64,000 nucleotides of DNA from Octopus sinensis (Eukaryota), in the NCBI RefSeq assembly GCF_006345805.1, contig NW_021833015.1, forward strand, positions 35,144-99,143, read 5' to 3'. The position numbers and the translations under genes were made by a program. This document shows, in pieces, positions 37,501-50,202 of the stretch. The notes under the pieces are model-generated. The model was not told where the DNA came from and searched no databases. It was given only the letters and a program-made list of their open reading frames with translations. Each line of letters opens with the position of its first letter. The stretch's first letter is position 1.

Positions 37501-38348
37501 TAACCACTAAGCCACGTGCTGCCATATGAAGAAACCTTTACTTCCAGAGAGCAGCAGTTTGGTTTTATATGGTGTGGTATGTTACAAGACTTACTTTTTA
37601 TCGGAATGTCCTCGGTTGGAAAACACATAAAGTCATGTTTTGTGCATGCGTGTGTGTGTGTGTGTTTAAACAAAAGAACTTTTTGTCTACTCTAAACGCT
37701 AGCAATTATTTTGGTTCAGACTGGTAGGTGATTGTGAGGGGTGGAGAAGGAGTGGAGTTAAGGAAAAAAAGGGAAGGATACTTAAGAATAAGGAGAGAAG
37801 GATTAGTTGTAGTAAGTGGTACTCCACTGGCTACTGTCAGTCTGTGCGGGGCGGGGAAGAAAGCATGGCATTACAAATATGCCAAATGGTGTCCTAACAT
37901 ACCTGCAGTCTAGCTTTTAAGAGTAACTGTTTTATTACTATTAAAGCGGCGAGCTGGTAGAATGGTAGAATCGTTAGCTTGCTGGACAAAGTTGCTCAGC
38001 AGCATTTTGTCCAATGCTACGTTCTGAGTTCAAATCCCACCATGGTCAACTTAACCCTTTATCCTTTCTGGGGTTGATGAAATAAGTGCCAGTCAAATAC
38101 TAGGATCGACATAATCGACTAGCCCTCAAATTTCAGACCTTCTGCCATTAGTAGAAACGACTATTGTTATTATTATTACTAATATATAAAGGATTGCGGT
38201 AACTCCTCCAGAAGATATAGAGGAGGTACCTCAATCCTTTATATATCAAACAAAATGAAGTAGATTGACAAAATTATTTTTTGAACCTGTTGAAGACACA
38301 CAAGATGTCGAAATATCATTCACTAGATTGCAATGGCACTCTTCTTTT

Positions 38349-38384
<36 letters not shown>

Positions 38385-39010
38385 GAAGATGAAAATCAAA
38401 ATCAAAATCGAAATCGTTCAACTTTAATGGAAATTGTAGCTGTGATACCAGTGCCGGTGGCGCAGAAGAGAACCATCCGAACGTGGCCGTTGCCAGCGCC
38501 GCCCCGACTGGCCTCCGTGCTGGTGGCACGTAAAATGCACCAACCGATCGTGGCCGTCTGCCAGCTTCGTCTGGCACCCGTGCAGGTGACACATAAAACA
38601 CACCATCCGATTGTGGCCGTTGCCACCCCCGTCTGGACCCCATGCTGGTGGCACGTAAAAAGCACCATCCGATCGTGGCCGTTTCCAGCCCTGTCTGGCC
38701 CCCGTGCTGGTGGCACATAAAACACACAATCCGATTGTGGCCGTTGCCACCCCCGTCTGGACCCCATGCTGGTGGCACGTAAAAAGCACCATCTGATCGT
38801 GGCCGTTTGCCAGCTTCCCCTGGCACCTGTGCAGGTGGCACATAAAAAGCACCCACTACACTCACGGAATGGTTGGCGTTAGGAAGGGCATCCAGCCGTA
38901 GAAACACTGCCAGATCAGACTGGGCCTGACACGGTCTTCTGGCTTCCCAGACCCTGGTCGAACCGTCCAACCCATGCCAGCATGGAAAGCGGACGCTAAA
39001 TGATGATGAT
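38385..39010 (+). mobile_element. Family C copy with ~6 internal ~63-bp units
   Basis: GGTGGCACGTAAAA units and (ATG)n tail. Confidence 0.75.
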
Positions 39011-39495
39011 CATCATGATCATTATTGAGGCCATGAGCTGGCAGAGTCATTACTGCACTAGAAAACATGCTTAACTGCATTACTTCTGATTCATGACGTT
39101 CTGTGTTCAAATTCCACCGAGGCTGACATAGGTTAATAATAATAATAATGGCTTCAAATTTTGCCACAAGGGTAGCAATTTTGGGGCAAGGGATAAGTTG
39201 ATTACATCAGTGTCGCAGATCAACAGGTACTTATTTTATCAAGTACATAAGCATGCGCATGTGTGTGTGTGTGTGTGTGTAAATACATGCTTGTGCAATG
39301 GTTGTAATTAGCATCTGGATACAAGTACTTCCTGAAAAATCGTACATTTGTCGTATGTTACTATGGAAACCTGCATAGAGAGGACAACACCCAGCTAACA
39401 CCCAAGCTTTGTGTTGCCCTACCATTTCTAGTTCTGTTCTGATTAATAGGTGAGCAGTGCCACCCCTAGAAAAGACTACCCTTTCTCTGTTACCA

Positions 39496-40266
39496 TAGGT
39501 TGGCAGAAATGTTAGCGCGCTGGGCGAAATGCTTAGCGGTATTCCCTCTATCGTTATGTTCTGAGTTCAAATTCCGCCGAGGTCGACTTTGTCTTTCATC
39601 CTTTTGGGGTCGATAAATAAAGTATCAGTTTCGTACTGGGGTTGATGTAATCGACTTAATCCCTTTGCCTGTCCTTGTTCGTCCCCTCTGTGTTTAGCCC
39701 CTTGTGGGTAGTAAAGAAATAGGTATTTCATCTGCCGTTACGTTCTGAGTTCAAATTCCGCCGAGGTCGACTTTGCCTTACATCCTTTCGGGGTCGATAA
39801 ATAAAGTACCACTTTCGTACTGGGGTTGATGTAATCGACTTAATCCCTTTGCCTGTCCTTGTTCGTCCCCTCTGTGTTTAGCCCCTTGTGGGTAGTAAAG
39901 AAATAGGTATTTCATCTGCCGTTACGTTCTGAGTTCAAATTCCGCCGAGGTCGACTTTGCCTTACATCCTTTCGGGGTCGATAAATAAAGTACCACTTTC
40001 GTACTGGGGTTGATGTAATCGACTTAATCCCTTCGTCTGTCCTTGTTTGTCCCCTCTATGTTTAGCCCCTTGTGGGTAGTAAAGAAATAGGTATTTTGCC
40101 TGTCACTACGTTCTGAGTTCAAATTCCGCCAAGGTCAACTTTGCCTTTCATCCTTTCGGGGTCGATAAATAAAGTACCAGTTTCGCACTGGGGTTGATGT
40201 AATCGACTTAATCCCTTTGCCTGTCCTTCCTTGTTTGTCCCCTCTATGTTTAGCCCCTTGTGGACA
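39496..40266 (+). mobile_element. SINE family B tetramer
   Basis: One head plus four ~183-bp units. Confidence 0.85.
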
Positions 40267-40383
40267 GTAAAGATATCATACGTTGGAACAGTAGTCACTT
40301 GTGTGCAGGTTTACAATTATATACAACCAGCTGGTCAAACCCATAATCTTAGCTACTCCATATCATTGCTGGACTTGGCGTGA

Positions 40384-40558
40384 CTTCGGTATAGGTACCG
40401 GAAGTACCGGATACATTTCAAGAAAGTTTTTTTTATATATATATGGGGTGTTAGGGTTAGGGTTTGTGTTAGGGTTAGGGATGGGAGAAAAGGGTTTCTG
40501 TTATCTTCAGAAATGTAAACAAAGCCACTTCCAAGTACTTACGGCACCTATACCGAAG
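40384..40558. mobile_element. Inverted-repeat element carrying TTAGGG hexamers
   Basis: 24-bp inverted repeat (22/24) at 40384-40407 and 40535-40558. (TTAGGG)2 at 40451 and 40469. Confidence 0.55.
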
Positions 40559-40612
40559 GATCGCCCTGGACTTTTCCTAACCAAGAAACTTGTGTGTTTT
40601 CCAAGGTTTTTT

Positions 40613-41199
40613 TTACTCTTTACTCTTTTACTTGTTTCAGTCATTTGACTGCGGCCATGCTGGAGCACCGCCTTTAGTCGAGCAAATCGACCCCGGGACT
40701 TATTCTTTGTAAGCCCAGTACTTATTCTATCGGTCTCTTTTGCCGAACCGCTAAGTGACGGGGACATAAACACACCAGCATCGGTTGTCAAGCAATGCTA
40801 GGGGGACAAACACAAACACACAAACACACACAGGCATATATATATATATACATATATACGACGGGCTTCTTTCAGTTTCTGTCTACCAAATCCACTCACA
40901 AGGCATTGGTCGGCCCGGAGCTATAGCAGAAGACACTTGCCCAAGGTGCTACGCAGTGGGACTGAACCCGGAACCATGTGGTTGATAAGCAAGCTACTTA
41001 CCACACAGACACTCTTACGCCTATATACATATATACGATGGGCTTCTTTCAGTTTCCGTCTACCAAATCCACTCACAAGGCATTGGTCGGCCCGGGGCTA
41101 TAGCAGAAGACACTTGCCCAAGATGCCACGCAGTGGGACTGAACCCGGAACCATGTGGCTGGTAAGCAAGCTACTTACCACACAGCCACTCCTGCGCCT
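40613..41199 (-). mobile_element. SINE family A copy with a tandemly duplicated 5' half
   Basis: Head/CORE part occurs twice (40855-41020 and 41030-41199). Confidence 0.85.
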
Positions 41200-41926
41200 A
41201 TGCATGAAAGATTTTTTTTGTTTTATGCCCAAGGAGACATGCAGTGGCACTTGAACCTAGGACAACATAATTTAAAAGCAAGCTTCTTACCCACACAGCC
41301 ATGCCCGTGTTGTACACACACATTTACAGGATAACCCGCACACCCGTGTACAGGAGGAAGATAGACTGTACATACAGGGAGACTATACATACAGGCAGGC
41401 AGGCGGATAGACAGACAGACAGATATGTAACACACAACAGTCATGTTTTTATGCCAGAATATGAAAGAGACTTTAGTCAGGTGTTGACAGGTGTCAACCA
41501 TTTCAATGGACCAACTTTTACAATGTCTAATAATTCAATTTTATTTGAAGGTCAATTCTACAATGTTGCTTAGCAACCATCAATTAATATATAAAAACAC
41601 ACACACAAAAAAAAAAAGACATACAAACAAGATGGGAAAGGTTTGACTTTTCAAGAGTTAGGGTGCCCTAAATGAAAAGGGAGAAGGGAGTGAAGGGGAG
41701 GATAGAGTTGTGGAAAATTAAAGTTTAAGATCAATTGCTCATGCTGTAGTTGTTAAGACAGTCTAACCATGACTATCCCATTTGTTCAGTCAGTTTATAT
41801 CAGATTAAATGAGCCAAATATGTTTGTTCGTATAGGATTTTTAGAAAAGGTCTTGTCTATGATAGCTGACCGCCAGGTGTAGACAACACACATATATCCA
41901 TCCATTCATCTTTTTTTACCTACTCC

Positions 41927-42219
41927 TGGCTTCCGTACCCGTGGCACGTAAAAGGGCACTATTTGAGCGTGATCGTTACCAACGTTGCTTCACTGGCACG
42001 TGTAAAAAGATTTGAGTGAAGTCGTTGCCAGTACCGCCTTACTAGCGTTCATGCCAGTGGTATGTAAAAAGTACCCACTACACTCTCGGGAGTGGTTGGC
42101 GTTAGGAAGGGCATCCAGCTGTAGAAACTCTGCCAGATCAAGATTGGAGCCTGGTGCAGCCATCTGGTTCGCCAGCCCTCAGTCAAAATCGTCCAACCCA
42201 TGCTAGCATGGAAAGCGGA
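41927..42219 (+). mobile_element. Family C copy (an opposite-orientation fragment lies at 42478-42613)
   Basis: Same family motifs. Confidence 0.7.
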
Positions 42220-42614
42220 CAAACAGTGTTGGTGTGTTTACATTCCTGTAACATAGCAGTTTGGCAAAAGTGACCGATACAATAAGTACTAAGCTTTAAA
42301 AAAAATAATAAATACTGCACTCAATTCCTTTGACCAAAAACTCTTCAAGGCTGTGCCCCAGCATGGCTGCAGTCTAATGACAGAAACAAGAAGATAAAAA
42401 TATAAAAGACAGGCTCAAGCTGACCTCTAAGCTTTGCGAGTGCATTTGGTAGATGGAAACTGAAAGAAACCCATCATCTCATCATCGTTTAATGTCCGCT
42501 TTCCATGCTAGCATGGGTTGGATGGTTCAACTGGAGTCTGGGAAGCCCGAAGGCTGCACCAGGCCCAGTCAGATCTGGCAGTGTTTCTGCAGCTGGATGC
42601 CCTTCCTAACGCCA

Positions 42615-42768
42615 TCTATTATATAAAATCCGTTCTGTCTGTGTGTGTCTTCTAGGATCTCACTCATCCTCCATCCGATTGGACTCAAATTTGATATGTA
42701 GATACCGACGGTATCAGGGCGTATACAAGTCTTGAAAAAATTACAAAAATCGATTCCAGGTGAGAATG
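42615..42768 (+). mobile_element. Helitron-like 5' fragment
   Basis: A|TCTATTATATAAAATCC...CTGTCTGTGTGTGTC...CCGATTGGACTCAAATTTG, the same layout as the complete Helitrons; no 3' CTAG end. Confidence 0.5.
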
Positions 42769-42769
42769 C

Positions 42770-43263
42770 CCTTTTAAAACCTAGCAGGCTCATGGGCCTG
42801 GTTTCCGGTTTCCGTGGCGTATGTGTTCCCCAGCTGGACGGGACACCAGTCCATCACAACGTTACTCATGTTTACTAGCTGTGAGTGGACTGGAGCAATG
42901 TGAAATGAAGTGTTTTGTTCAAGAACACAATGCATCGCCCTGTCCAGGAATCAAAACCACAATCTTACGATCATGGTGCTGACACCCTAACCATTAAACC
43001 ACACACCTCCACTTTTGCCCTTTTAAAGCCTAGCCAGGCTCATGGGCCCAGGTTTCCCGGTTTCTATGGCGTATGTGTTCCCCCCAGCTGGACGGGACGC
43101 CAGTCCATCACAGCGTTACTCATTTTTGCCAGCTGAGTGGACTGGAGCAACGTGAAATGAAGTGTTTTGCTCAAGAACACAACGCGTCGCCCGGTCCGGG
43201 AATCGAAACCACAATCTTACGATCATGATGCTGACTCCCTAACCACTAAGCCACGCACCTCCA
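42770..43263 (-). mobile_element. tRNA-derived SINE family E, two tandem copies
   Basis: Head GTGGAGGTGCGTGGCTTAGTGGTTAGGG...GGTTTCGATTCC, body TTGTGTTCTTGAGCAAAACACTT. Confidence 0.75.
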
Positions 43264-43331
43264 CATCATACCACTTACAAAGAAATTAATAATTGGTTAA
43301 TCCAAAGCCGTAGTAGAAGAGACTTGCTTAA

Positions 43332-43551
43332 CCCTTTAGTGTTTAAACTGGCCATATCAGGCCAAAATTATCTTCCTGTTTTATTCTCAAACCAGCCAGC
43401 TCTGACCTCTCACACCTACCCTACAAAGTCATTCTAAAAGTAAACAGGACATCATTAATATCCCAGAGTTACAAGATGCTGCACAATTAATTTAAAAATG
43501 ATATAATTAAACAGGCTTTACATTTGACAAAGTAATTAGAATGCTAAAGGG
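43332..43551 (+). mobile_element. piggyBac-type MITE, 220 bp
   Basis: TTAA|CCCTTTAG...CTAAAGGG|TTAA. Confidence 0.8.
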
Positions 43552-44089
43552 TTAAGGTGTCACACAGTGGGGTCAGATCTGGAACCATGTAGCTGCAGAG
43601 AAGTGGACTTCTTCGAATACACAGCCAGGCTGATTTAGCAGCTATTTCTAGCAGGCTGTGTAACCACATAGAGGTTCTGTTGTTGACTCATACAGAGTAG
43701 TGGAGTTGGTGAATGTTATTAAATTTAGTATTAGCAGTAAGATGACTGAGTGAGTGTATAATACAGAAATAACTGCTGTGTGTGTGTGTGTGTGTGAGTG
43801 TTGTGTGTGTGTATGCGAGTGCGTGCGGTGAGGGAGGGGGGATGTGTGGCGTAATCCGTAATGGCTTTGACATGTGGTATGAATGTATGAATGAAACCAG
43901 ATGGTTAGAACTATGACAAGAGCTGGTGGTTGGTGGTGGTGGTGGTGGTGGTGGTGGGGTGGTGGTGGTGGTTTCGGCGGCAGTGGTGGTGACACAGGAG
44001 GTAAAGGAAGGAACCAAGAATAGTGAGTGATGTAATATCTAAGGGAAGTTTAGGTTTTCATAAGAGAATTAGCGGGGGGGGGGGGGAGT

Positions 44090-44209
44090 TAAGAGGCAGG
44101 GAGAGGAGGAGAGAGAGGAGAGAGAGAGAGAGAGAAAGGTTAAGAGACAGACAGGCAGAGAGAGAGAGAGGAGAGAGAGAAAAAGGTTAAGAGAGAGACA
44201 GAGACAGAC

Positions 44210-44247
<38 letters not shown>

Positions 44248-44870
44248 GTTAAGAGACAGACAGAGAGAAACAGGAGAGAGAGAGAGGAGGAGAGAGAGAG
44301 AGAGAAAAGTTAAGAGACAGACAGGGAAAGAGAGGGGGAGAAAGAGAGAGAGAAAAGTTAAGAGACAGACAGGGAGAGAGAGGGGGAGAAAGAAAGAGAG
44401 AGAGAAAAGTTAAGAGACAGACAGGGAGAGAGAGGGAGAGAAAGAGAGAGAGAGAAAAGTTAAGAGACAGACAGAGAGAGAGAGAGAGAGAGAAGTTAAG
44501 GGAGAGGGAGAGAGAGAGAAACAGACAGACAGCAAGGGAAGAAAAGTAAAAAATTAGTAGATGGACAGAGAATAAGGGAAGAGGAAGAGGGGGAGGAGAC
44601 AGAGAGATTTTAGAGACAGCCAGACTGCAAAATACAGTAAGGGTACATACACACGTCTGTGGAATACTCAACTACTTCCTGCATCAATGACAGAGAAAAA
44701 GAGAGAGAGAGAGAGAGAAAGAGGAAGAGAGACAGCAATGGGAGGAAGACAGTGATAGAGAGCAAACCAGGAGGAAGGAAGACAGACAGACAGACAGACA
44801 GACAGAGCGAGACAGACAGACAGACAGACAGACAGAGCGAGAATGAGACAGACAGACAGACAGACTAGTC
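44090..44870. repeat. GA-rich tracts with AAAGTTAAGAGACAGACAG units and (GACA)n
   Basis: Direct inspection. Confidence 0.8.
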
Positions 44871-45051
44871 ATAATGAAAAAAAACTTAATTGGAAAAACT
44901 GATACCACAGCAACTAAAAAGATGATAAAAATTTTTTTTTGATAATTATGATGCTGTGGCAGTGGTGTGTGTGTGTGTGTGTGTGTGTGTAGACGTGTGT
45001 GTGTGTGTGAGATAATAATTTAAACGAGGAAGCTCCTTTCCTCGTTTAAAT

Positions 45052-45300
45052 TATTATTACCATTATTATTATTATTATTATTATTATCATTTTTTTCTTC
45101 TTTTCAATTTTGCTTCCTTTCTTGCCGAGTGTCTTCCCGACTCCTAGGGCAAAGAAACTCATTTTAGTATACATTGGTAGGCCAACTAAACTCAATAGTT
45201 TGTCATTTTGTTTTTTTTTAAGTTACATTTAAAATACATGGGGTAGTAATAGTTCTCACATCGACAATGCTCTTCTCAATACGTGTGATGTACCAGTTAA
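45052..45300 (-). mobile_element. 3' end of an R4/Dong-like (RLE-type) LINE with a (TAA)n tail
   Basis: 45300-45256 encodes LTGTSHVLRRALSM*, matching the R4-clade GTAxILRKVL-type terminus, then 3'UTR and (TAA)n. Confidence 0.6.
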
Positions 45301-45353
45301 GTAGTAGTAGTTCTATACCAGTTAAGTTATTATTATTATTATTATTATTATTG

Positions 45354-45874
45354 AGTGAGAGAGCAGTGCATGCCATCAAAGTGACACTGGGGTAAAATAT
45401 ACGAAGCCAATATACCCATCATGACTACCCATCTGATAAGGGTACACTAGGCACATGCATCACAACAATATGTGCGCGACATGGTGATCTCATATCAAGA
45501 TTAAACAGCACATGACCTTGCAGGTGGGGCCCAGTTAGAATTTTCTTCAGGTCGAGTAAGCCATCCCACTCGAAAGGTCCCTGAATAAGGGTTGTTTAAG
45601 GATGTTGAACGAAACACCCATGTTCCCAGAGGTGAATTATTCAAAGCCCAAAGAATCCCTCTCAACACATGGCTATGATGCTCCCCTACTACATCTGCTC
45701 GTGATCAGAGATGCACATATCGTCAGCCACTAAGGGACATGCTCAACTGGTTATGGTCAAACAACTGACAAGCAAATCTGTGGTATTGAGCAGAATATTT
45801 GCTGTAGCCCATCTTTTATACCAAGACAAAACAATGTACATGATAACACTTCCAATCAGTTAAGATCAGAAGCC

Positions 45875-45875
<1 letters not shown>
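45354..45875 (-). mobile_element. Unclassified retroelement 3' region flanked by (ATT)n on both sides
   Basis: ~520-bp complex sequence between two (ATT)n runs; no ORF recognised. Confidence 0.45.
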
Positions 45876-45912
<37 letters not shown>

Positions 45913-45914
<2 letters not shown>

Positions 45915-46745
45915 TTTTCAAGTTTCACTTGAAAAGGAAGATGAGATTAGAGGGGAGAGTGCTGTCTGATGGCAAGTTTTCTGAAAGGTGGGTGAATTGT
46001 GCAAGAATGACCAGTATAAATGGACCAATTCTCAGGTTTCGCCTGTGATTGAAAAAGGTTTTATAAAAGGAGAAAGGAGCTCTCTACCCACCTTTTGACC
46101 AGGCTCCCGTTGGCTTTTATGGGTTTTTTTCCACCAGGAACCTTTCGAAGCGCCTCCCCCTATTGGTAGTTTTTCGTTGTTATATTATTTGATTGTTACA
46201 CTGTCTTTACTCGATGTTTTCACAAACGGACAAAACCCTTTGTAACCTTTCTTCCTGTTTTGTCCCTTTATGTTTACTAATCATGTGTGTCAGCCCTTGT
46301 GGCCAATAAAAAGAATTAATTATTATTATTATTTTTTCAAGTTTCACATGAAAAGGAAGATGAGGTTAGAGAGGAGAGTGCTGTCTGATGGCAAGTTTTC
46401 TGAAAGGTGGGTGAATTGTGCAAGAATGGCCAGTATAAATGGACCAATTCTCAGGTTTCGCCTGTAATTGAAAAAGGTATTATAAAAGGAGAAAGGGGCT
46501 CTCTACCCCTCTATTTGACCAGGCTCCTGTGGCTTTTATGGGTTTCTCCACGTGAGACCTTTCCTTTTTTTCGAAGCGTCTCCTCTATTGGGAGTTCTTC
46601 GTTGTTATATTTTCATTGTTAAACTGCCTTTTTACTCAATGTTTTCACAAACGGACAAAACCTTTTGTAACCTTTCGTCCTGTTTTGTCCCTTTATGTTT
46701 TCCAATCATGTTTGTCAGCCCTTGTGGCCAATAAAAAGAATTAAT
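45913..46745 (+). mobile_element. Two head-to-tail Tx1/L1-like LINE 3' ends (~420 bp each)
   Basis: FFKFH(L/M)KRKMRLE(G/R)RVLSDGKFSERWVNCARM(T/A)SINGPILRFRL*, then 3'UTR with AATAAA at 46305 and 46730, then (ATT)n. Confidence 0.6.
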
Positions 46746-47500
46746 TACCATTATTATTATGCCAGCCTCGCCTGGCACCTGTGCAGGTGGCACGTAAAAA
46801 GCACCCACTACACTACCGGAGTGGTTGGGGTTGTTAGGAAGGCATCCAGCCGCTGTAAAACATTGCCAGATAAGACTGGAGCCTGGTGCAGCCTTCTGGC
46901 TTCCCAGATCCCCGGTCGTCGAAACGTCCAACCCATGCTAGCATGGAGAACGGACGTTTTAAACGATGATGATGATGATGATGATTATTATTATTATTAT
47001 TACAGTGGTGAGCTGCCAGAATCGTTAGCAGGCCAGGCAAAATGCTTAGCGGTATTTCATCCGTAACTATGTTCTGAGTTCAATTTCCACTGAGGCTGAC
47101 TTTGCCTTTCATCTCTCTTGGAATCGATGAAGTAAGTACCAGTTGAATACTGGGGTTCGATGTATTTAACTAGACCCCACCCTGCTCCCACCAAATTTCA
47201 GACCTTCTGCCTTTAGTAGAAAGGATTATTATTATCATTATTATTATTATTATTATTTCTTTATTGCCCACAAGGGGCTAAACATAGAGGGAACAAACAA
47301 GGACAGACAAAGGGATTAAGTAGATTATATCAACCCCAGTGCATAACTGGTACTTAATTTATCGACCTCGAAAGGATGAAAGGCAAAGTCGACCTCGGTG
47401 GAATTTGAACTCAGAACGTAACGGCAGACGAAATACCACTAAGCATTTCACCCGGCGTGCTAACGATTCTGCCAGCTCGCTGCCTAAGTTATTATCATCA

Positions 47501-47537
<37 letters not shown>

Positions 47538-48071
47538 GGCAGCAAATCGGCAGAATTGTTAAGCGTGCCAGGCAAAATACTTAGGGGTATTTGGTCTGCA
47601 TTTCCTTTTGGGGTCAATGACATAAGGCCCAGTCGGACACTGGGTCAATGTAATCGACTCATCACCTCCTCCAAAACTGCTGCCCTTGTAGCAAAATTAG
47701 AAACCATCATCATCATTATCATCATCATTATTTATTTATTACTTTGCACTCAGTGGGGCTTATATTAATTACGCCTACTGGATCTCATTAGGGAGTTGCT
47801 AAGCACTCCCCTTTGTATTAATCGGAGTCCCATTGATCTTCCTTTGTTGACTGGAACACCATGCTCACCAGGATCCTACCTGGTGTATTGACGAGGCAAT
47901 TACCTGGATTATAATTATTCCTTTGTCAATAGATATAGGCAAAGACACCTGTCGATCAAGAACGACCATAGTTCCCCTTCAAGGTAAACATCCAGGAAAG
48001 GTTGTTTATGGAAGACCAGCAGTCGGCCATGCATGCCAGCCATGCCTTTCCCCACACAGTCACGTATATCT

Positions 48072-48292
48072 CTCTTTTTACTCTTTTACTTGTTTCAGTC
48101 ATTTGACTGGGGCCATGCTGGAGCAGCGCCTTTAATCGAGCAACTCGACCCCGGGACTTATTCTTTTTGTAAGCCCAGTACTTATTCTATCGGTCTCTTT
48201 TGCCGAACCGCTAAGTAACGGGGACATAAACACACCGGCATCGGTTGTCAAGCAATGCTAGAGGGACAAACACAGACACACAAACACACACA

Positions 48293-48333
<41 letters not shown>

Positions 48334-48510
48334 TATATACATATATACGACGGGCTTCTTTTCAGTTTCCGTCTACCAAATCCACTCACAAGGCTTTGGT
48401 CGGCCCAAGGCTATAGTAGAAGACACTTGCCCAAGGTGCCATGCAGTGGGACTGAACCCAAAACATGTGGTTGGTAAACAAGCTACTTACCACACAGCCA
48501 CTCCTGCGCC
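48072..48510 (-). mobile_element. SINE family A copy
   Basis: Same family motifs. Confidence 0.85.
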
Positions 48511-48543
48511 TATATATATTTACATATATATATGTAAATATAC

Positions 48544-48580
<37 letters not shown>

Positions 48581-48783
48581 GTATATATATATATATATAC
48601 ACACACACACATGTATATTTACATATATACATACATATATGTAAATATATGTATGCGTGTGTGTGTCCCCTGGCTTCCCAGACCCCAGTCGAACCGTCCA
48701 ACCCATGCTAGCATGGAAAGCGGACGTTAAATGATGATGATAATATGTATGTATGTATGTATGTATATGTATGTCTTTCAATA

Positions 48784-49150
48784 TCTATATTTATATATAA
48801 AACTGAGCATGTGTGCTTGTCTGTCTGTATCCTTTTTATTCTTTTACTAGTTTCAGTCTCTGGACTGTGGTCATGCTGGAGCACCACCTTATGTATGTAT
48901 GTATGTATGCATCACTAAAACTCAAGAACTACCCAACCCAATTTCATTCAAATTTTACACATGCTTTACTTAGGGCCCATGCAGTATCATGGGCCAAAAA
49001 AACTTTCAACTTCTTGCCTAATGCAAGCCTGGAGTAACCTTTTATCTCTCACGCTATTTCAGCATTATGAGTCAAAAGTGAAACAATAACATCTCTATTT
49101 TAAAGCGAGATACTTTCAGTTTTAATAGTGAAACTTAATATTTCCACTAT
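48784..49150 (+). mobile_element. Helitron-like 5' fragment interrupted by a SINE tail
   Basis: A|TCTATATTTATATATAAAACTG...CTGTCTGT...CAATTTCATTCAAATTTTACAC; no 3' end. Confidence 0.45.
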
Positions 49151-49407
49151 GGATATATGTATATATATTAGTTTTATTTCTATTACTTTCACTATGATAT
49201 ATTTATGTCTATGTATGCATGTAAACATGTGTGTGTGTGTGTATGTATATATATATATGCATATATGTATATGTATATATGTATATACATATATGTATAT
49301 ATATACATATATGTATATATATGTGTGTATATATGTATATATAGATATATATGTGTATGCATATATATGTATCTATATATATGCATATATATATATATAT
49401 GTATGTA

Positions 49408-49445
<38 letters not shown>

Positions 49446-49649
49446 AGCGTGGCCGTTTGCCAGCCTCGTCTGGCACCTGTGTCGGTGGCACATAAATCAC
49501 CCACTACACTCTCGGAGTGGTTGGCGTTAGGAAGGGCATCCAGCTGTAGAAACACTGCCAGATCTGACTGGACTGGTGCAGCTTTCGGGCTCCCCAGACC
49601 CAGTTGAACCGTCCAACCATGCTAGCATGGAAAGCGGACGTTAAATGTG

Positions 49650-49831
49650 ACATGATGATGTGATATATGATATATATATATATATATTATATATAGATAT
49701 ATATATATATATATATATATAGTATATATATATATGTATATGTATGTATGTATCTATATATATATTATATATGCATATATATATAATATGCATATATATA
49801 TATATATGATATATATATATGTAAGTATGTA

Positions 49832-49869
<38 letters not shown>

Positions 49870-49873
49870 AGTA

Positions 49874-49917
<44 letters not shown>

Positions 49918-49962
49918 AGTATGTATCTATATATATATATATGTAAGTATGTAATCTATATA

Positions 49963-49998
<36 letters not shown>

Positions 49999-50070
49999 GT
50001 ATGTATCTTATATATCTATAGATATATATATATATATATATATAATATATATGCATTATATATAGATAGA
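49650..50070. repeat. (TA)n array with GTAAGTATGTATCT anchors
   Basis: Direct inspection. Confidence 0.9.
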
Positions 50071-50164
50071 TACAAAAGTAAGTCCAGTGATCAATTTCTT
50101 CAACTAAAGGTAGTACTCCAGCATGGCCACACTGAAATGACCGAAACAGGTAACAGAGTAAATG

Positions 50165-50202
<38 letters not shown>

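Noticed and set aside
47760-47925. Cluster of short hairpins (possible twister or HDV-like ribozyme)
   Set aside because: Could not place the conserved core nucleotides or pseudoknots by eye.
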